A stretch of 62,891 nucleotides of DNA, the filler included, from Sphaeroforma arctica JP610 (lineage: Eukaryota): the NCBI RefSeq assembly GCF_001186125.1. It is 4 parts of 2 records of this genome, joined end to end, with 100 filler letters (N's around TTAATTAATTAA, not from the genome) between each part and the next. Parts side by side here need not be neighbours in the genome. Positions count along the whole stretch, not along the records: positions 24,812 to 54,091 come from NW_014040555.1; 3 more parts are not named here. One strand, given 5' to 3'. A program made the position numbers and the translations under genes. Positions 37,386-49,800 of the stretch are shown here, piece after piece. Within the stretch, counting starts at the first letter, position 1. Each line of letters starts with the position of its first letter. The notes under the pieces are model-generated. The model did not search any database. It saw nothing but the letters and a program-made list of their open reading frames with translations, and was not told the DNA's origin.

Positions 37386-40300
37386 GTAAGTGAGTTTATT
37401 ACAAATAAATTTGGTTTAAGTTTCTTTAGTGCCTGTTCATGGTTACGAATGATTTCAGATTGTTCTCACAGTTTACCACGGGGGCATTAAGACGCACTGG
37501 GTGGACGAGTCACGGTTGCATTAAGAATACTCAAATATAGGAATCGCGTGCAAATTTAACTTTTTCACATTACCTACATTCTGAACAAATTTGATGCACG
37601 AGCCTAATCTTTGTTACTTAACATCTATAATTGCACATAATTTTCAAAAGTTTTTCACTGTTTGTACAGGTGACATTGAGGCGCACTCGATGGACAAGTC
37701 ATGGTTACATTATATATGCATAAATATAGGATGTCCGTGCAAATCCAACTTGTTCATATAACTCACGGAATAAAGAATTTAATAGTTCAAGAATCAGCCA
37801 TACGTGTGTTCCATTAATCTGTCCTTATATATTCGTATTTTGGGGCGTTATCAAATATATCGCTTAACATAAATCAGTTGATCCAATTCTGAATTTCTGG
37901 CGCCGGCGCAAAAGTTCGGTTATTTGAGTCATCAGAAACGGCGGGAATAACGGTATACATTTATGTCTCCATCGCGTGACGGAAAACTTCAAGATAGAAA
38001 TCAAGACTAGTGAAGAAACACAGATAACAAATAAATACTGTTTTTTTTTTAGCACATAACTATACTTACTGAGTGAATCGCATTTGAGAAGATGTCTGTC
38101 GTAATTTATCAGTCACTCACAAATTCTACACCGTGAACATAAGCGTCCTGGCTCTTCCCATTGATAAATCTAGACATGTCCTGAACAAATGAATCTAATG
38201 ACACTCCTCTACAATTTCCAAACTAGGGCATGTAGGGAAAATATATCCTGAAGTTAAAATACAAATTGGGCATTTTTGCTGTATAGATACAAAAAAATAG
38301 CTAAAATGGATGTTTTTCTTGATTTCAATGGCTACACACATGTGTGGCTGTCATAGTTCCAAGCACAATAGCTACAACTAGATTCTTTGGGGGTACTTCT
38401 CAGCGGCGCAGAGCGAACTCCTTAACATGAGTTCTTAAGATGAGGGCTGCCCTTCTGCAAGGATCCAACCATCAAATCATACTCACAAGTTTCAGATGTT
38501 CCCTTGCTGTCTTCGTACACCAGCAAGTAAAATCACAGCTTCGCTAGAGTGTCCAACACATTAATGGGAAATGAATTTCTCGCGAGTCATAGAGGACCAA
38601 GTCTAATTGGGGTAATGCTGTATGATTTGGAAAGTGGTAAACTCACAAAATATGTTTGTCTGAGAATTTTTACCACAGCAGTCTAAAAGTGATCAGATCA
38701 CTAAATTCTTTGAGGCAAACATCAACATCAAGTAAGTGTATATTCCGATAGATAGCAGTGAAAATATTGGTGGATGACATGTTCCGATAGATTGCGGCAA
38801 AATTAATGGTAGACATTGTTAATGAGTTCGTCAAAAGTCGCTGGCTTTGTGCGAGCGATAGTATAAGGAATTTCGAGTGGTACAATTGAGTGTATATGGA
38901 CGCCTGCGATACCAACACATGGCTATTATAATCTCCTTCGTGAAGACTGTGGGTAAAAAAGTGAGAATAGCTTCGTCAATTACATCAAAATCTCGTACAT
39001 GAAGCTAGCACTGGTGGTACGGTACCCTGTTACAGTTGCGGGTGCAAGATTACTGCTGCAATTGTACTTGTGGGGATAATGAGCACCAGATATATCACAA
39101 CATTGATCGATCATACAGGAATTGTTATTTACGAGATGGCGTATACCGTTTGAGGCCGTCGTAGATTTCTGTTCGTGTTTGTAGTTGAGTGCCATCGAGC
39201 CATTTAGTGTGCCTTAGCACTGCTGTGGAGGGTGTACGAAAGCCAGAATGAAGGCAAATACTTCGTCGTGATCATCAAATAATGGGTTGTATGTCCTATC
39301 ATGGCTGTCGATGGCATAGGAAACGGTATGCTAATATCGTAGCTGAGTTGTTGAGTTATTCCAATAATATAGCGCACAGAATCGGTTGTGAAGTCATTCC
39401 CGACGATATGGTTTGGCGAGTACACATCGTATTACGTAATTGTGAAAGGGTAAAAACAGTATGAATGCTAGGGTAACCACAAATATGAAGCAGTAAACTT
39501 TATTGCTGAGCGTATCCACAAATAGAAAGCTGTAAGAATCGATGAGGTTTTACGAGTCTGTGGATATCAAGAACGTATTCTTTTCACCATACTAACTAGA
39601 TTGAACGATTAAGCTTCGTGCTATCGCCGCTGATAAACATGGTATTGTATTTCGCAGCGTATACTCCCAACGATTGTGATCATTTATGCGGCTCAATACA
39701 TATTAAAGATATGTCATGGGAAGCAGCGGGTTGCTAAGCAAGGCACTATAGGTGATGCGCAGGCAGAAGAATAATTCATAACTTTTATTCAAGTAGGGAG
39801 GCACTGATTGAAACGAGTATGTAAATTTCGAGCTAGTGAAATTGGCAGAGTACGGTGTTGATGATGATTTTCAAATGATATGGGTAAGTATGAAGGTAAT
39901 TGTGAAATGGAAGGTACTGATATCAGCAAATAAATTAGCTATAGTAAGCTTGAGTTGAAAATGTTGGCAATGCGAATTTCAGGAATTTCCAAATAAATTT
40001 ATAATGGTACGAGACACACAGGAAAGGGGTATATTGGTTTAACAGCCAGTCATGAGATTTTGTAGATGCGCAAGGGTATGAACTGTATTCTGTCTTCTTA
40101 TCATTGGTCTATGTATAGGGTTGTTCATTGAACTGCGCGGTCAGTGAAAGACGCAGAATAGACGGGAAAAGAACAGACTCTAAGACCAATGAATCCATTC
40201 TTTCGTTCAAATTTCAAGTCGCCCTAATACTGTCTATTGATGCCAGACATGACAAAATCCTCTACCAAGGGCTTGACAGCAGCCAGACGACAGAAAAGAC

Positions 40301-41039
40301 ACGGAAGCGACATGCAGAAAATGTAATATAGGAACAAGATATAACCACACATAGCTATTGAGAAGGAAATGATTTTTTTTTGGGAACGAGACACATAGAA
40401 CGAATTTGGTAAATATTTTTGTGCCACCGGATTTTCACGTTACGATGCGTTGTTTAACGACCCAAAAGTCAGGCCTCCTTTACATACACAGCAAACGTCA
40501 CAACTCAACTAATGACAACTATTCACTTAAAAAGATAAAACAATCTTAAATAACCCTATACATTCGAACATGTGTCAACTCGCGAGTCAATGGTGGGTTT
40601 GACCGAAATGGTATTGGACAGTCGGTTCATGAATAGTACAATATGGTGGCGAGCGCAAAAAGGATTTGTTTGAAGCTATTCGAGCTAAAGTAGTTTTTTT
40701 AGCGTACTATGTTCCAAATTCCTTTTATTTATCTGCTCTTAGTTTACATCGGCTTGCGTATCCGGCTAGGATAGTTTAAGTTACAGGGAGGGCAGCGCGG
40801 GTGACGTTGTCTTCGGCCTGTGGCAATTTAATATTGGCTGCGAATCAGGTTGATAAACCACTTTCACTTGAGCTGCTCGTTGTCATATTTCTTCATATAT
40901 AAGTTGAATGGATAAAATCACGTTTATTCTGGCTATATAAAATATTCATAGCGGGGGGGTTTTTTTTTGCACTCTTACCACTTCTTGGGATTAGGATAGG
41001 CTTGACTGACCCGTATAGAATGACATACGAAAGGTGATG

Positions 41040-41850
41040 TTTACTTGAAATCAGGCTCAATGTGACCTGTGCTCAGTGTCACGCAAGAACGATGTAACAG
41101 TAAAATACAATTAAAATACACAGCAGTTGCGTGTTAGATAAAAGCATTAATTGGTTATGACACCACCGGTGATATCTATAAAATTGAATCGCAGTTGGAC
41201 GGCTACCATCCCAACAGTAAGGAACTCCGAATGCAACATTAACGAAAGTTAAAAGTATTTAATCAGCTGGATTTAATTGGTTGGATGAGGGTCGTGCTTG
41301 ATGGTTTCTAAATACCAGCGTATAACAACCTTGTATCTGAAGTGATATATTCGACACGGAACACTTTAAACCACATAGTGAAGCAAGGTTCGAAAGTAGC
41401 TCTCAACGAAATATGATGTTATACATGTATTTTGTATTGATAAAGCAGGGGTTCCGTAGACCCCGTCGCATATCCTGAGAGATGGCAAGTGAGTGGGGGT
41501 TTGACTGTTGGTCGAACAAATCAAACAACGACATGAAGGGTATCTCAAAAGTATCAGGTACAACAAATTGGGACACGAATACCTTTGGCCGTCGATACTA
41601 CGAAACACGACTAAGATTACGTGAATGTTGTGATATTTATCATTCATATGTGCATAGGCTTTTGCAAATGTGAATTTTCAAACGATAAAGTACATCAGAG
41701 TATCATCTGCGAACCAGTGGTCGGACGACACCTTGCAATAACTATAACAAGTACTTCATGAAAGTCAGTCCCCGCACGTAGAAAAGAGGGCATACATGGA
41801 AAGCTTTACTGCTCCGTTCGTCGCTTCCGAAGCACTGCCTGCATACCAGT
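41040..41850 (+). mobile_element. Possible very old hAT transposase relic
   Basis: AQCDLC (BED-finger-like, ~41055) upstream of GFDCWSNKSNNDMKGI (resembles the hAT D-x-W motif, ~41500); frames are broken and the match is weak. Confidence 0.3.
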
Positions 41851-42527
41851 CTAGCGGATTAGGGATAGGCATGATTTTTATCCTAGTTTTTCTTCTTCTA
41901 GATAGTATCTACCTCTAACATTTGTAGATATCACTCGACGGTCTGGATATTTTGTTATAAAGTGTTTCTGTATAGCTGATCTGTATACATGCAACAATAT
42001 TCGCTATGTTTAATTGAAAAGGGGCCCACTTCTCTTAGTAAATAAATCACGAAGGTAATTTGAATAATTAATAGATAAGAGATGGACAGCATTGCCATTC
42101 AGAATGTATCATTCAATACTTAATTGTATACTAATTGTGACACAAGGAATAGAGGCGGGGTGCCACTATAAACTATTTTGCTAAATGATCCCGCTGAAAG
42201 AAGCAGAGCATCTCAACGAATAACCACAAAATCCTATCGACATCCCTCTCTGAATTTATCCCTGTTGTATGCATACTGTGGGGTTTCGGTCTCCTATATT
42301 GCAGAGAAGTGAAGAGTATAATTTACAAACTTGAAGGAGACACTCATAATAAAGGTTCAATAGGAAGGTTTTATATATAATCTCATACCCCTAATGACGA
42401 TAACTTCTGCACTGCACTGTGACGGTAATCACTCACACTCAGCCCAAGCTATGTGTTGTCTTTTTTTATTATGTCGTCACATACCATAAATTAGGGATAT
42501 CCAGTGGACAGTTCATCTCGAACTACA

Positions 42528-43010
42528 ACCATCGAGTATATGATTCTCATAACAGACAGGATATTTTGAAAATCTCGGGAATGGACGAAGTTCACACATT
42601 AGATGTAAAGCACTATACGGCAATGTGTAAGTGGCGAACGCTTCATAGTTTAGCTTTTAATTGTTGTCATATTCTAGAGGGAGGTTAGATAGAAAACATT
42701 ATAGCTATCGAATATACGGTTCTCATAGCAGACAGAACATTTCGAACGTCCTGGGAATGGTCAAAGCTCACACATTAAATGTAATATGTCCTCAGACGTG
42801 ACGCACCACGGTAATGTGTAAGTGGTTAGTTTAGGTAGAAAGCATTATAACCATCGAATACATAATTTTCATAGCAGACAGAACATTTAGAATATTTTGG
42901 GAACACACTAAATGCAACATGTCCTCAGACGAGTCGCATCACGGCAATGTGTAAGTGGCGAGCGCCTCATGGTTCAGGTCGTTATCGTTGGCATATTTTA
43001 GAGGCTAGGG
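42528..43010. repeat. Diverged tandem triplication, ~150-180-bp period
   Basis: Recurring TCATAGCAGACAGAACATTT and CGGCAATGTGTAAGTGG blocks. Confidence 0.75.
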
Positions 43011-43807
43011 AGGTGGAACATCCCCCAAAAATCGAACGTCGCACTTTTCTACAATATATGCGGGAAGCGGCGAATTGGCCACAGAAAAAATTCTGGTATC
43101 TTTTCTTGCTGTCCTTATCCGCTTCGCAATTAGATTACACGTCATCAACAGGCCGACACTATATCTTCTCATTTGGTTACGAATCTAACTTCGTGGCACA
43201 AACACGGAAAGTAACATATGCAAGAAAATTATACACAAGCTTTATTTGATAAAACCACCTCCAACACCGGAACCCGCACGATGAATGATATCCGCTTGTC
43301 AGCACTCCCGAAAACTGAATATGTTGTTCAGCGCCTATTTATTATTTTCATCGATATAAAAGTGCAATTATGTAGAGAGGAAAAAATTTCTCGTTCACTT
43401 GCGCTGTGTGATTTTATATCTGGACCGAATTCCATACGACATCAAACAGAAGAATGCTTCCGGCCCTATGTGTAAGTCTTTCATTGTTTTGTGTATGAAT
43501 GTGAGTATACACTCAATGAGGAAATTTTTGCCAGGGGTGTTTGGCGTACAGCCTAGGTTCGACGAAGTCAAACATCTCTGTAGTCGATGACTAGTAGTTT
43601 TGTAGACTTGGGCCGAAAGAATTAAAAAAAAATCAGGAAATACATATGTATATTTCGCAATGCTGTGCATATGGCTACTTTGCATAATGTGTTAACTGTA
43701 TTAACAGCCACATTAGCTGTGCCCTCCATTCGATAAGCCCGTAGATTAAAACTCAAGATATATCGTAGTATGTGCTGTATATCAAGCATGTTTGAGGCCC
43801 AAATCAG

Positions 43808-46800
43808 TCATGTGTCTAGGCAATGACGAAGAGAGGTCTTTCGGAATATCAGCACTTGCTCTCCTACTCGCCCGTCCGGTATGTGCGTATGAAATAGGCT
43901 GTGTGCCTGTAAAAACATAATATTGCAAATGGGTTTGTTCAGTTCATGCATTTGGTGAGCAGTCCTTACAAACTGATAGGTAGTGAGGCAAAGGTCCTTG
44001 TTGGCCAATAGTAGGTAGATCTTACACCTCACATAGAATCAAAGTCATATGCGCTAGCGGTATAAGCGTATATATACGTTTCTGTGCGGCATAGTTTCGT
44101 ACGCATCTCTCTTACCAGTTCGTAGTCCTGAGCTTCTAGTACTTTCGCCACTTGCGGCAACAGGGCGTCGAACATGACAATGTGAGTGGGCCACCCACCC
44201 CACATGTCTGGCTCAGCAAGACACACATGGGCAAAATCGGTCGAGTGGGCACGATCTATTGTCATGTTCCTGCCCTGATCATTGCATTTGATCTCAAGAT
44301 TATATAGATCAAGTTTGCCTGTACGAAAGAGCAATATTGATATTTCATTCGTAGCTAGTAGTTAACTAACAATATGGATGTATGTGCATGCCAGATGTAG
44401 TGGCTGATATGCCTGCTTAACAGATGATACTGTGTTATAATGCATGAGAAATTTGAAGAGAATCTGTCAACCTTATTGCTCATGTGGGCGGCGTCGTGCC
44501 CGGTCGTATCACTTATTATATAGTTATGTGCTTCTGTAGTTACCAATGGAAGCCTTCGTACGAGACAGTTCAGCAGCAGCATTCTAATTATTTGATGTGA
44601 AACAGAATCTTCTTCAATATTCACCGCAAAAACATAACAGTAAATGTCGGTGAGTGATAGTTGCATGCATAAGTACACATGGACATACACAACCGATAGG
44701 AGACCGAGACAGTGCCAGTACAATAGCTCAATCAAACTTCACGACTGCGACTTTTTAACTTCATAAGACAAGGGCCACACGGGGGACCACAAACAAGTGT
44801 CAATGTGTCAACGTCTATCTATCTGTGTCTCCCATAATCATTGTGATCAGTGTATGCATTGCCTTAGAATGAATCGAATCTATATCTATCTAGCTGTGTC
44901 TCCCATAATCATTGTGATCAGTATATGCATTGCCTTAAAAACGAATCGAATCTATACGTCACTAAACGATGCTGGTCACACACAAATCTGGCGAAACATG
45001 TGCAGGAACAGATATACGGAGGTGCTATTGCTAACTTTCATCAATTTTGCTGTGTCCATCCAAGAAAGCGTAGAGCACACTCACTAAACGTCTACATTGC
45101 ACGCCAGTAGTAGCTAACGCATACCATGTCGTGGGCCATAGTGTTCCTCGATGAAGGCTACCGGGTCAGCGTAAAATCTGTCTGCCTCATCCACATAGTT
45201 TTCAGCAGTAATGGACTTGGTTTTCTCAGATATGAAACCATCTCTACTACCCGTATCTGTCTTCAAGTTCGCCGCGGCGGTCATATCCACAAACGCAGTG
45301 TATGGTGGGCATGTCAAAAAACGCATCGCAGCGTCGTAGTGCATATGACTGAAGTAGGGTGTAGAATGGCAGGGAGCCCACACGTGTATGCGCACGTGTG
45401 CCCGATCACACGCATACGCACTCTTCTCGTGCCTTCTATCCCGAGTAGCTCCCGCGCTCTCCTCTACATCACGCACCACATCAGCTGAATCCAAAGCACC
45501 CGCGCACACACCCTCGCCCGTGTCCACCAATTGTTCATCACCGCCGTAATGGCTTGTTCGAGCACTCTCACATGTGGCATAGAGCGTTTGAGGTTCACCA
45601 CTTGACTGTGCGTACGTGCCACTCTGCTTTGCTCCCCACGCCTCAAACTCCGTTCTGAGAGTAGTGAGTACATCAACAGTGCCCCTCTGATGCACCTGTG
45701 TAAAGTATAACCCTGCGAGAAGTTGACTGGTTGCCATAGTAACCACCAGGGCCCAATATAAACACTGGTAGAGTCTGACATTCCTGGCCTTAGCTCCCCT
45801 ACTCAGCCGCTTCGAGTCTGGCGTTGCTTGAGCTGGTTTTTCGTATGTGTGTACCCGTGTGTGTTCACTCTGCACAAGCCTTCGCAAAGCAACCTCCTTT
45901 GCGTTGCTTGTACCACCCGTGGCTGTGGCATCGCGTGCACTTGTCTCTGTTGCAGAATATGTCACCGTGGCGGTGATTGCTGGTGGCAAGAGGTACTCGC
46001 GTATAGTCTGTAGACCCACGCCACAGTGCATATGCATCAGCGGCAACATTGGGACTATAAAGCGGAACTCCTTGTGCTCCAGGAGACTATGCACCAGCAC
46101 CACCCACGCTATACAGAGAAGTGGACCCTGTCGTGTATATGGTCGTGTATATGATTCATAGTATGTTTATACACCTGGCTCAGCATAGACTGAGAATGCT
46201 CATGTTATTGGTGCTTTGATATACATTGAAAAGTCAGTAATATTATACGCAGTATATGCATGGTTGAGTTTATTCGGTTAACGACAGACTCGGGATGACA
46301 TTCGACAGCTGCAACGACTAAAACTCGCCCGTGTCCAGCAGACCGATCTAAACACGAAGACTATTCTAAAAGTGATGTACCCTTACGTACTCACATAAGT
46401 GCTCCTCATGTCATCGGGATGGAACATACTACAAACAAGAGTGCTAAAACATGAGACGAAGCCTCACATACATACCCTTCGATGTGTCGTCCAAGCCGAC
46501 CAAGCTCCTAAGACGAACAGGGGCAGATAGGCGGCCAGAAGAGTGGGCATGGCAGACGATAGGTACCTGAGAATGAATATACATGAAAAACGGACTGTTA
46601 AACTACTGTGAGCTCAGCTGATTTCACACCGTACAGGGTTCATGGTCCCCAGGTAGACATGGTAAAGTATAGCGGGACATTCGGTGATGCTGCTTATCGC
46701 AAAGATCGGCAGAGTACACCCCCAGACAACATGCAGGTCAGCAAGCAAACTCAAGGTCATAGACTAGCTATACATAACCTTAAAGGGTAACTTTAGTCTG

Positions 46801-49800
46801 TCACCCTATCCGCTTGTACTAGCGATAATTTTAATTCGCGATGTTCTCTCACCGGGTATATTGGCATGCAAAACGGCGTTCAATTTGCTTCACACTTGCT
46901 TTTCAAGACGTTGGTATGAGAAACATCCACCTCCCCGCTACGCAAGCGTATTTAGTCATTACTAAACTATGCCCATTCACCAGAAAACAAGCACTTTACT
47001 GATTTAAGTACATGTTAGTACTTTTAAATATTCTAAAACACCCAACCGATATTGTGCCAAGTCAGGACGCATATATGTATGCTCATTCTGTCACAAGTAC
47101 GTAAGATTCACATATATGGGCATGAGCAATGCAGGTTTATAAAACCCTGGGGTCATCAAAATTAGAATTAAGATGTACCGCTTCACAAGTGTGTGCGTAG
47201 GTGGATACAAGCACTACATCCGTAGAGCAGCAAATAAAGATTCCCACACACGAACTTAACAAGCTACGAATGACTACGTTATAATAAACAGAAAACGGGA
47301 CAAAACCAGACCAGCGACCAAATAGAGGTGCGACTTGCGTATCAAACTAAACGTAAGCAAATTATAATCAATCAATAGCTACCGAAGACATGATATCGAT
47401 TCTGTGTATATTGTGCACACACCAGACCTATATCCAGACCAACACAAAGCTTATATAGAATTAGACATAACAATACAAAGCTTATATAGGAAAAGACATT
47501 TCAATACAATTCTTATGTAGTTTTAGACGCACCAATACAAAGTTTATATAGAAATGAACATAGCAATACAAAGCTTATATAGAATTTAAAGTACCAAGAC
47601 AATACTTATTAGAATTAGACATCCCAATACAAAGCTTCTATAGAACTAGACATACCAATACAAAGCTTATATAGGATTAGACATCCCAAGACAAAGCCTA
47701 TATAGAATTAGACCTACCAATACAAAGCTAATGCATAATTAGTCATTCCAATACAAAGCCTATATAGAATTAGACCTACCAATACAAAGTTAATACATAA
47801 TTAGACATTCCAATACAAATCCTATATAGAATTAGATACCAATACAGAGCTAATACAAAATCAGACATTTCAATTGATATTATGTAGAATTAGACCCACC
47901 AATACAAAGCTGTTACATATTTAGACATACCAATATAAAGCTTATATAGAAGTAGACCTACCAATGGCTCTGATTGGTCCCGTAGAAGCCAGCCACACCA
48001 TTCAAAACGTTTTCTTTGACGAACTCCCACGGCACAATCACCAACTGGCCGTACATGTAGGAATCTAGGCCCACGGAGAGCGTGAAAATAGGAACGCTGG
48101 AAGCGTAGGAGAAAACAATGGTAAATCGTTTGTATATCGCTGTTGAAGTATCCGATTGAAAGAGACTGAAAAAGTCGGGGTTGTTTGACCTATAATGCTG
48201 CATGCTGTGCCACACATTGCCGTGTCTGCTAAGAGAGTGAGGTTGGAGTGGACAAGTGGCCCAAAGGGATGTGTATTTGAGAGTTATGCGGCAACATAAC
48301 GACTTTATGTTTGAGGTATATTCTTGGGTGTATGCTGATGCGTGAGAGCGTATGTGCATATCTACGAGACTTTATATTATCGACGCCTGTGCCGTGTCGA
48401 AGTGTAGTATGCGTTAGTTCTGGCTAAATATGGCAGGACAGCCGCGCTTGACTATAAGAATATCGGACCGCAGAGAATGTGGAATACACTACTGGAAAGG
48501 ACTTTTTGCCATTTGTCTTAGGTCAACCCTTACTCATTATATGATCACGTTTCAAATAGTAGGGGTCGGAGTGAAAAGTCTACTACGCGTGATCATATGA
48601 TACTTAAAACCTGCGTGAGAGGCATTTGAAGCAAATATTGTGAGTACTATCCGTGCAAGGCACGTTGTATATATTCAGCAGCAGACCCTACCCGATGAGT
48701 GCAGCGTCACAAACGAACGGTCAATCCATGTCGGCTACAGCACAACTGCTTAGATATTGACCAATCTGTATAAGCCCCCTACCGTCTGTACACACACACA
48801 ACACATATGTAAGAGAGTAGGTAGCTATCACACCCCTGCAGGGCACAATGCCAATCAATAGAACAAGTCGATACCACGTACGCTGAAGCTGATGCGCTCG
48901 TACACTCTTGCACACATCAACGCGGATAGACTTATAGCTGACAGACACACTCATGCCCCACAAACAGCGACTCGAGAAACGATGTTGTACTAGAACGGCT
49001 ATACCAAAATACCCAGGATAGTTATTCGGCAATTCTACTATTAAAACCACATCACTAGCTATTCCGGTAAAACAGAGACCCGGTATTGTATTGACATTGC
49101 CAATCGGCCACACACATACCCAATGCAAAGAACATCGCCTAGGAGCGCAAGCCGATGGTCGGTGTACCACAGCTGATAGAGCCCCAGGGCAGCCCATAGT
49201 AATGCACTGGTCGGTCTCACCACGCACGAACAGGCCGCCCAAAAGAGCGCGCCTTTAAAGGAACTGTGTGAGAGTGATTACCGGAGAAGTAGGGTATTAT
49301 GTAGGGATACTATGTATGGATACTATGTACTATGTAGCGATACTATACAGGGACACTATGTCTGGATACCATGTAGGGATACTATGTAGGGATAATATGT
49401 AGGGACACTATGTATGGATACGATGTAGGCATACTATACAGAGACACTATGTACGTATACTTTGTATGGATACTTTGTATGTATACTATGTAGGGATACG
49501 CTGTCTGGATACTTTGTATGGATACTATGTCTGGATGTGTGTCTACAAGCTAGCTGCACTGAAAAATAGTAAACAATATGTGAAGGTGGGAAAGAATGCA
49601 TGGTTGTGTATGTGTATATACCAGCAACACTATGTCAAAGTACAGCTACATTGTGGGCTATGACCACTATATGTATGTGCAAATAAGTTACTATTTCCTT
49701 GTAACGTAAGTCCTACAGAAACGCCCAGGCAAAAGCAACATAGCAGATATAGGCGATTGTAGGTGTTTCCCAGTAGAGCACATACGGTTCCTCTCGGGTG

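Noticed and set aside
37860..40450. Short ORFs and coding-looking fragments
   Set aside because: No recognisable motif or consistent splice model; probably decayed repeats.
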